Below, piece after piece: positions 17,477 through 23,501 of a stretch of DNA of 31,681 nt. Where the stretch lies: contig DAORIU010000001.1 of NCBI GenBank assembly GCA_035438645.1, positions 1-31,681 of the forward strand, given 5' to 3'. Position 1 is the stretch's first letter. Each line of letters begins with the position of its first letter. Both the position numbers and the translations under genes were made by a program. The DNA comes from Minisyncoccota bacterium. Lineage in GTDB: Bacteria > Patescibacteriota > Minisyncoccia > Phycocordibacterales > UBA9973. The notes beneath the pieces are model-generated. The model was not told the origin of the DNA. It made no database searches and saw only the letters and a program-made list of their open reading frames with translations.

Positions 17477-18358
17477 ATGACAGAAAAAATACCATCAATA
17501 GAAAACCAAGAATCAAACGAGGTCCACCAAGAGCTTGCTCAGATTTCAGAAATTAAACTCCCTGAAAAAAAGGTGGAACTAGACCCAGAAACACAAAACG
17601 AAATAAAAGCTCTAAAACATAAGTTAGAATTTGAGCAAAGCCCTACTGGCTTAACAAATAAAAAAGATGATGGTAGCAAAAGAGATGGCACAATTTACAA
17701 CCTCCCTGAAAATAGACCAAAACCAAAAGGTGGAGTAAAGACAGCTCTTCTAGCGATTAGTGCTGGCTTTATGAGTTTGTTTGCTAGCAAAGAAGCAAAA
17801 GCTGGATCTGGCCCTGAAGACAGCCTCGGCAAAAAGCCTTTGGCAGAGAAAGTATCTCCTGCCGACTCATCGCAATCTGGATTTTACAAAAAGGGTTTTG
17901 AACAAAAAAGAGATGGAGAGAGTATTGGCCATATAACAATCGAAGGACATACTTATATCCCTCAGAAAGATACAACGAAAGAGTTTTATTCTTATCATTT
18001 TTCTGAAACTGGTAAAACAAAGAACTCATTAGGAGAAATACTCTCTATAATGAAATCAAAAGGATTTGAACCTGCGGATGGGGATATGTTGGAAAAAATA
18101 TATAAAGAAAATGAAAACAATATTGAGTTTACGCAAAAAATAAAGTGGTTAATGGCTCCTACACCAGAACCTGATGGTGATGACACAAGGGCAAGAGAAG
18201 GATTTATGACTACAAAAAATGGCAAGATTTCTTATGTCATACCTGAACACTCAGTGTTTCCTACCAAAAATCCAAAAGGTCTCGGAAGATTTGAACTTGA
18301 TCAAGGCTTTGAAGCTAGTGAGTATGGAATCTTGTTTTATAAAAAAATAGAAAAATAA
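17477..18358 (+). CDS. Hypothetical protein with a charged N-terminus and an internal signal-like hydrophobic segment
   Basis: Long ORF containing KTALLAISAGFMSLFASKEAKA-G; ATG 17477 lies 7 nt after TGnTATTAT. Confidence 0.7.
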   Translation: MTEKIPSIENQESNEVHQELAQISEIKLPEKKVELDPETQNEIKALKHKLEFEQSPTGLTNKKDDGSKRDGTIYNLPENRPKPKGGVKTALLAISAGFMSLFASKEAKAGSGPEDSLGKKPLAEKVSPADSSQSGFYKKGFEQKRDGESIGHITIEGHTYIPQKDTTKEFYSYHFSETGKTKNSLGEILSIMKSKGFEPADGDMLEKIYKENENNIEFTQKIKWLMAPTPEPDGDDTRAREGFMTTKNGKISYVIPEHSVFPTKNPKGLGRFELDQGFEASEYGILFYKKIEK

Positions 18359-18360
18359 AA

Positions 18361-18392
18361 AAAGACCACCTGTCATAACTCAGGTGGTTTTT
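18361..18392. terminator. Bidirectional terminator
   Basis: aaagaccacctg-tcataact-caggtggttttt. Confidence 0.75.
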
Positions 18393-18433
18393 CATTTGAT
18401 TTGGATTTCTTTTCATAACAGTAACGTCGTTGA

Positions 18434-18550
18434 TTATTTGTTTTTAATATTTCTCAAAAAGTCTCTATGTACTAAAATAACATAGATTGAGACTCCAAAG
18501 AGGAAAAGACTAAAACAAATAAAAATGAGATGAGACGTTGACTGGTTCAT
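18434..18550 (-). CDS. Unannotated 38-aa single-TM protein MNQSTSHLIFICFSLFLFGVSIYVILVHRDFLRNIKNK
   Basis: Translated by hand: one hydrophobic helix with a basic tail. Has a TTGACA-N17-TAAGAT promoter (18593-18621) and a downstream terminator. Confidence 0.6.
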   Translation of the reverse strand: MNQSTSHLIFICFSLFLFGVSIYVILVHRDFLRNIKNK

Positions 18551-18592
18551 GAGATTGGATTTAAGTTAAAGATCTTATATATGTCTTCTTAT

Positions 18593-18621
18593 ATCTTAGC
18601 ATAAACAAAACTATTTGTCAA
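18593..18621 (-). promoter_or_regulatory. sigma70 promoter TTGACA-N17-TAAGAT
   Basis: Consensus hexamers upstream of the 38-aa ORF, back to back with the hup promoter (TTGCAT-N16-TATAAT, 18624-18651, plus strand). Confidence 0.65.
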
Positions 18622-18738
18622 TTTTGCATGAAAAAACCCTTGATATATAATGGTGTTAGCGTAAAGCTACTATTAGCTTACACGCTCTGACGAGAATTTA
18701 TCAGACGCAGTCCCCTAGTGGGAAAACAAAGAACAACT

Positions 18739-19011
18739 ATGAACAAAGCATCACTTGTTGAACTAGTACACGGCATTGTTGGCGGTACAAAAGTACAAGC
18801 AGAAGAAGTAGTAGAAAGCATCATCAGCGGTATCACCAAGACTCTTAAAAAGGGTGACGAGGTATCTATCGCTGGCCTTGGAATCTTCTCTGTGAAGACT
18901 CGTGCAGCTCGTACTGCTCGCAACCCAAAAACTGGTGAACCAGTAAAGGTAGCAGCAGCTCGTGTGCCACGCTTCCGTGCAGCTAAAGCTCTCAAAGACG
19001 CTGTAAAATAG
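18739..19011 (+). CDS. hup: Histone-like DNA-binding protein HU
   Basis: MNKASLV..., GDEVSIAGLGIFSVKTRAARTARNPKTGEPVKVAA.RVPRFRA.KALKDAV. Start at ATG 18739. Confidence 0.96.
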   Translation: MNKASLVELVHGIVGGTKVQAEEVVESIISGITKTLKKGDEVSIAGLGIFSVKTRAARTARNPKTGEPVKVAAARVPRFRAAKALKDAVK

Positions 19012-19036
19012 CATTTTCCCGAGCTCGGGTATATGC

Positions 19037-19070
19037 AAGCAAAAATCCCCCAAAAGGGGGATTTTTGCTT
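19037..19070. terminator. Terminator after hup
   Basis: aagcaaaaatccccc-aaaa-gggggatttttgctt. Confidence 0.85.
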
Positions 19071-19150
19071 TATATATTGCAAAATATAATTCTTTTGGTA
19101 TATTGTTATTTAAACCCATTTATTAACCCCCAAAACCAATTTTTTAGCCT

Positions 19151-19477
19151 ATGTGTAAAAAAGTTGTTGTTCTTTTTTCAGACCCTCATAACCCTCCTGA
19201 AATCAGAAAAGCTTTGTCAGGTATTGGCACAACCTTTTTTCAGGTTGATACAAAAAACCTGATCGACAAACTGAAAGGGTTGAAAGTAAACACTATCTTG
19301 ATGGACTCTATTTGCCCTAAGCTGGCAAAAAAGGTTTTTAATGCCTTCCCCTCCGACGATATCAAGGTTGCTTATGTGGGAGGAAAACCAAACCAGCTAC
19401 AGGCCCTCCCTTCTGGAGCGGTCATCTGGGATAATTGGCCTTTTGCTCGGAAAGCTCTTGACCCGGCAGCCGCTTAA
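19151..19477 (+). CDS. Atypical stand-alone CheY-like/receiver-fold protein
   Basis: Alternating beta/alpha pattern: VVVLFSD, TILMD (D52), VAYVGG. The canonical acidic pocket and Lys-Pro are degenerate. Confidence 0.5.
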   Translation: MCKKVVVLFSDPHNPPEIRKALSGIGTTFFQVDTKNLIDKLKGLKVNTILMDSICPKLAKKVFNAFPSDDIKVAYVGGKPNQLQALPSGAVIWDNWPFARKALDPAAA

Positions 19478-19494
19478 AAAATGATTGAACGATT

Positions 19495-19527
19495 AAAAAA
19501 ATCCCGCCTTTGGCGGGATTTGTTTTT
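19495..19527. terminator. Bidirectional terminator between convergent genes
   Basis: aaaaaaatcccgcc-ttt-ggcgggatttgttttt. Confidence 0.8.
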
Positions 19528-19562
19528 CAAAAGTACAAATTAAAACTACAACTGCACAATAA

Positions 19563-20633
19563 TTATTTGGGTTTTTGTCCAAGATCTTTGAGTTTTCCTA
19601 CATGGCTTGAGATAGCGTCAAAAAATGTTGGGAAAACAACAATTTTAAAATCAAACCTTTTGCACTCTTCTGCAACAATCTTGTGAATATCTGGCAAGTG
19701 AACATGGGATATCCTTCTAAACACATGATGTTCAATCTGAAAATTTAGCGCACCTACCCACCAAGTAATAAATTTATTATTGGTGGCAAAGTTTGCTGTA
19801 TGCTCAATCTGGTGCTCCATGGAGTCTCCACCTCGAGCCTCTTCGACTATTGAATTTTTTACACCACGAACAACGTGTGCCGGCTGAAAAACTATCGAAA
19901 GCAAAAGCCCTAGAAATCCTCCAAAGATCAAAAAACCAACCAACCATGCATTGAAGCCAAGCTCCCTGATAGGCAACCAAAAAAACACAAAAGCAAAGAA
20001 AATCTTACCTGCCCAGAACAATACATGGTCTGAGATTTTGAATCTAAGAGGCTCACCCATAACCCTACCGCTAAAATACTTCGTAAAATCTTTCAGTGGC
20101 CAGATAAAATAAAGCAGGCTATAAGCTATAGGCCAGTACCAGTGCTGAAATTTATGCACAGAGCAACGCTTTTGTCCTTCATGTAGGCGCAAAAGTGGCC
20201 AAGCCTCTATATCCTCATCAACACCCAAAACATTAACACCGTCATGGTGCGCAACGTTGTGCTTTTTTTTCCAGATACCTGAACTAACACCCAAAAATTC
20301 TGATGTTGCTCCTGCTAACATGTTTTTTATTTTGCTTTTTGAAAATGCACCATGATTACCATCATGCATTATGCAAAAACCAATACCTGAAGCAAAAAAT
20401 GCTCCAACAAAACAAAGTGGTATCTTCCAAAAAACTGACAAGTCAGTGTAAATGAGTAACCACCAAGTCAGCCAAAATCCTGCCAGGAAAAATATTGTTT
20501 TGATAAACAAGGCGCGATTTCCTTTTTTTGAAATTTTCTTTTGAGAAAAATAAGCGTTTACCTTGGCGTTGATTTCTTTAGCCATGGCACTTTTGTTGAC
20601 GAGCATTAACTCTTTGACAGAAATAGCTTCCAT
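19563..20633 (-). CDS. Membrane-bound fatty acid/acyl-CoA desaturase (three His boxes, no fused cytochrome b5)
   Basis: HDGNH, HNVAHH and QIEHH boxes plus hydrophobic segments; no HPGG motif. Start is probably ATG 20633 (or 20585). Confidence 0.92.
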   Translation of the reverse strand: MEAISVKELMLVNKSAMAKEINAKVNAYFSQKKISKKGNRALFIKTIFFLAGFWLTWWLLIYTDLSVFWKIPLCFVGAFFASGIGFCIMHDGNHGAFSKSKIKNMLAGATSEFLGVSSGIWKKKHNVAHHDGVNVLGVDEDIEAWPLLRLHEGQKRCSVHKFQHWYWPIAYSLLYFIWPLKDFTKYFSGRVMGEPLRFKISDHVLFWAGKIFFAFVFFWLPIRELGFNAWLVGFLIFGGFLGLLLSIVFQPAHVVRGVKNSIVEEARGGDSMEHQIEHTANFATNNKFITWWVGALNFQIEHHVFRRISHVHLPDIHKIVAEECKRFDFKIVVFPTFFDAISSHVGKLKDLGQKPK

Positions 20634-20704
20634 AACTAAAGTTTTAATTTGTTTTAAATAACGATGTTTGATATAAGTGTAACAATTTGCCACAAAAAAG
20701 CTAT

Positions 20705-20733
20705 TTGACATCAGACTCCTAGATGAGTAGTAT
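20705..20733 (+). promoter_or_regulatory. sigma70 promoter TTGACA-N17-TAGTAT
   Basis: Consensus match. It contains ATG 20723, so the true start is ATG 20747. Confidence 0.7.
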
Positions 20734-20746
20734 CAAAATAAAAAAT

Positions 20747-21076
20747 ATGAAAAAAGTATTGATTCTTTCAAGTTGTGCCGACAATATGGCGCCCCAACTC
20801 GGATTTAAGACTGAAGATATCGAACTCGGAAACTACAAAAACTTATCGGAGACAATTGAAAAAGCAAAATCAGGAACCCTAAGAGCTATTATTGTTGACT
20901 CATCACTTAATTCTTTTGACCTGTACAAAATCATTTTTGGTCTAAAAAGATATGGTATGGGAGACTCACCAGAAATGCGACTGATCATTCTGGGAGGAGA
21001 GAAAGAAATAGATGGAGCAAAAACACTCAAAAGCATAGCTGATCTCGAAAAAGAATTTGCCCTGAATGTTTCCTAA
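20747..21076 (+). CDS. Second atypical CheY-like/receiver-fold protein
   Basis: MKKVLILSS, AIIVD (D51), LIILGG; size and pattern resemble 19151..19477. Confidence 0.55.
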   Translation: MKKVLILSSCADNMAPQLGFKTEDIELGNYKNLSETIEKAKSGTLRAIIVDSSLNSFDLYKIIFGLKRYGMGDSPEMRLIILGGEKEIDGAKTLKSIADLEKEFALNVS

Positions 21077-21182
21077 AAAACAAGCAAAGAAATAATTACG
21101 CCTTTATTTACCCCACTAATTCTTCAGCGGGGTTTTTATTTTTGTGCTGTACAACGCGGAGCTCCTTGTTAAAGGAGTGAAA

Positions 21183-21327
21183 TGGTGCGGGATAAGGGGG
21201 TCGGTCACGAGTATTTTTCTGCTGAAAAATCTCGCTACCCCGCCTCGCGCCAGTCGCGCTCCGGCTTTCTCTTCCCTACCCTCACAAACAAAAACACCCA
21301 GAGAAAGTCTGAGTGTTTTTGTTTGTG
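21183..21327 (-). mobile_element. tRNA-associated structured mini-element ending in a duplicated tRNA-Gly 3' end (att-like)
   Basis: 21186-21203 tgcgggataagggggtcg vs 21328-21345 tgcgggataagggagtcg (17/18 identical); stacked hairpins lie in between. Confidence 0.55.
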
Positions 21328-21398
21328 TGCGGGATAAGGGAGTCGAACCCTTCACCTCAGTTTGGAAAACTGATGTTTTACCGATAAACTAATCCCGC
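21328..21398 (-). tRNA. tRNA-Gly (TCC)
   Basis: GCGGGAT/ATCCCGC acceptor stem, anticodon arm TCAGT-TT TCC AA-ACTGA, T-loop GGTTCGAC; CCA not encoded. Confidence 0.95.
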
Positions 21399-21423
21399 CT
21401 TCGCTAAAGCTTCGGCGGACAGG
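21394..21423. repeat. REP-like short palindrome
   Basis: cccgccttcgctaaagcttcggcggacagg; a related copy occurs in reverse orientation at 23753-23782 (23/30 identical). Confidence 0.55.
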
Positions 21424-21493
21424 CCCGCTAAGCTTTAGTAATTATAATATTTTTTATTAAAAATCTACAACTCTTCTCACCTTCAAAACTGAG

Positions 21494-21564
21494 TCGGGGT
21501 GCCGGGAATCGAACCCGGCCCTCATGTTCCCAAAACATGTATACTACCGATATACTACACCCCG
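21494..21564 (-). tRNA. tRNA-Pro (TGG)
   Basis: CGGGGTG/CACCCCG acceptor stem, anticodon arm CATGT-TT TGG GA-ACATG, T-loop GGTTCGATT; CCA not encoded. Confidence 0.95.
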
Positions 21565-21759
21565 ACTCAGTTTTTAAGATTTAAAGATCGCACACTCCCC
21601 AAAACATATGTTACTACCGATGCTACTGTCTTACCAAGTGAGGGTCATTTATTTTATAAAATGACCGAACGAAGGTTGGACAGAAAGCTCCGCTTACACC
21701 CCGAAAGTGTCTATAACAAAGGACACTATACTATAACTTTGGGTTTTTTACCATAGAAA

Positions 21760-22128
21760 CTAACTTATATCTATCAGCTCTACCTTTGCAGGGCTATCCA
21801 TATCTATCTTTTCTAAGAGCACCACTATCCCCTGCGCATTGTAGTTTTTGATCCCTTTCAAAAGACAGTAGTGCTCTACAGATATAAGAAACTTTCTAAG
21901 CTTTTCTTTTGTTAGGTTTTCAGCCGGATTCATCCAACTCTCCTGCCGGCCAGCCTTAACCTCAAAAAAGTAATGCGCGCCATGTGCCCGAGCTATAATA
22001 TCTATTTCACCAAACTTGTTTGAGAAATTACGCTCCAAAATCACAAACCCGTGCTTGGTCAGAAACTGACAAGCCTTTTCCTCTCCTATTTCTCCTATTT
22101 TCTGAGTTTTTGATGTAAATTGTTTCAC
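21760..22128 (-). CDS. yraN: YraN/UPF0102 family PD-(D/E)XK nuclease-like protein
   Basis: GEIGEEKACQFL...GFVILERNF...GEIDII...FFEVK; GTG start. Confidence 0.9.
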   Translation of the reverse strand: MKQFTSKTQKIGEIGEEKACQFLTKHGFVILERNFSNKFGEIDIIARAHGAHYFFEVKAGRQESWMNPAENLTKEKLRKFLISVEHYCLLKGIKNYNAQGIVVLLEKIDMDSPAKVELIDIS

Positions 22129-22161
22129 GTGAAACTATATTTTTGTGTTTCACCTGAAACA
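22121..22161. promoter_or_regulatory. Tandem parS-like sites
   Basis: TGTTTCACGTGAAACT (22121-22136) and TGTTTCACCTGAAACA (22146-22161), each 15/16 to the consensus TGTTTCACGTGAAACA. Confidence 0.75.
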
Positions 22162-22370
22162 CTAACAAAAGCTTTGATAATAATGATTATTTTATCAAAA
22201 AGACAAAAAGACTACAATTTTATACCCCGCAAAAAGGCGTCGTTTATCCCACTTACGCACACACTTATCCACAGTTTTGTCAAAAAATAGCCCTTTAAAG
22301 GTTCAAAACCCACCAAAAATGCTTTTTGTCTAAAGGACAGTGACTAACAAAAATACAAATCTCTTGCCCT

Positions 22371-22425
22371 ATACAAAAAGCCCGCGTGGATGTTGATAAA
22401 ACTATCTAACGTGGGCTTTTTGTAT
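22371..22425. terminator. Long hairpin/terminator downstream of tRNA-Gly(GCC)
   Basis: atacaaaaagcccgcg ... cgtgggctttttgtat. Confidence 0.7.
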
Positions 22426-22465
22426 TGTAGTGCTGTGCACTGCGAAGCTCAACATGAGCTATAGG

Positions 22466-22536
22466 TGCGGGTACAGGGACTCGAACCCTGGTCTCATTCT
22501 TGGCAAGAACGTATTCTACCCCTAAACCATACCCGC
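22466..22536 (-). tRNA. tRNA-Gly (GCC)
   Basis: GCGGGTA/TACCCGC acceptor stem, anticodon arm CGTTC-TT GCC AA-GAATG, T-loop GGTTCGAG. Confidence 0.95.
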
Positions 22537-22538
22537 AT

Positions 22539-23198
22539 TTATTCAAATTTTTCAAACTGCGCTAAAGACAACCATTTCAAGATTTTCTTTTTTGCAACAG
22601 TACTCGAAATTATACTCATACCTACACCATATTGCAATCTTTTTATTTTTTCCCTACCCTGAATAACCTGAGTTTTATGAAAAATAAGGCCAGAAATAGG
22701 CAATTCTTTGGACCAAACCTCCTTGCATACAGCTTCATTATTATCTTCATACAAAATAAGCCCAAATCTAAAGCTATTTTCAGGTATTTTGAGGTATTTT
22801 TGAGCAAAATTCACAAATATACGATGTATATAAAAATCCGTATTGCTAATACGCACCAATTCCTTACTTTTCCTATCGCCCTCCCCTGCATAAAGCATTA
22901 ACCCTGCCCAAAACAATGGTTCATTTTTATATAGCTCATATTCCTCCTGTGCTTCTTTTTCAACTAGAGCATACTGGTACTGAAGCTTTAACTTGCGCAC
23001 CAAATTCATCCGCTCCATACGCTCTTTTGAGGCTCCCAGGTTTTTCTTTGCATGTTCCAAAGATAGGTGCTTGGACCAATCTTGATCTTTAAACCACAAA
23101 GAAAGTGTTGCACGTGAAACTCCTGTATCGCGCTGTATTTCGCGATATGTCCTGCCTTCTTTACGTAACTGGAATATTCTTTCTTTGTCCTGTCTCAT
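22539..23198 (-). CDS. HTH plus LAGLIDADG-like endonuclease-fold protein
   Basis: N-terminal HTH (LRKEGRTYREIQRDTGVSRATLSLW), then LFWAGLMLYAGEGDRK, VRISNTD and YGV. Start is probably ATG 23198; the stop is 2 nt from the tRNA 5' end. Confidence 0.7.
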   Translation of the reverse strand: MRQDKERIFQLRKEGRTYREIQRDTGVSRATLSLWFKDQDWSKHLSLEHAKKNLGASKERMERMNLVRKLKLQYQYALVEKEAQEEYELYKNEPLFWAGLMLYAGEGDRKSKELVRISNTDFYIHRIFVNFAQKYLKIPENSFRFGLILYEDNNEAVCKEVWSKELPISGLIFHKTQVIQGREKIKRLQYGVGMSIISSTVAKKKILKWLSLAQFEKFE

Positions 23199-23264
23199 CC
23201 TATACAAGTATAATACGTCGGTTTAATTTTACAAATAGCCTATAAAATAGTACTATCTAAGTAC

Positions 23265-23336
23265 GCACCCGTGGTGAAATGGATATCATTCCGGTCTTCG
23301 GAACCGTCGTTCCAGGTTCGAATCCTGGCGGGTGCA
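23265..23336 (+). tRNA. tRNA-Arg (TCG)
   Basis: GCACCCG/CGGGTGC acceptor stem, anticodon loop CT TCG GA, T arm CCAGG-TTCGAAT-CCTGG; CCA not encoded. Confidence 0.93.
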
Positions 23337-23479
23337 CAAACGGTACGCAGAAGGCAAACTGCTTTGCCTTCGAAGCGTTTTGCAAGGCGCAGGCATGTAC
23401 GAAGTACAGCCGAGCCGGGGTCGCAAACACTTTGCAGAATTGGAGCAAAGCGAACAATTATGCTTAGTGATTTGTGACC
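23337..23479 (+). repeat. Second copy of the tRNA-trailing structured element
   Basis: Hairpin gaaggcaaa-ctgc-tttgccttc, then AAGGCGCAG-[hairpin]-GAGCCGGGGTCGCAAA...TTTGTGACC, the same scaffold as the element behind tRNA-Gly(TCC). Confidence 0.55.
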
Positions 23480-23501
23480 ACTATTACGCTACACTACTAT
23501 C

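Noticed and set aside
21116-21392. ORFs 21116..21355(-) and 21144..21392(+)
   Set aside because: They overlap tRNA-Gly and the structured element, so they are translations of non-coding sequence.
22081-22101. Short tandem repeat ctcctattt x2
   Set aside because: It is explained by the yraN coding sequence (IGEIGE).
22129-22465. Replication origin (oriC)
   Set aside because: There is only one perfect DnaA box and no dnaA gene, and no strand-composition switch was evident by eye. Kept only as a parS cluster.
21499-22662. ORFs 21499..21756(+) and 22465..22662(+)
   Set aside because: They are antisense to tRNA-Pro and tRNA-Gly(GCC).
23257-23477. Three short ORFs over tRNA-Arg
   Set aside because: They overlap the tRNA and its trailing element and have no protein-like features.
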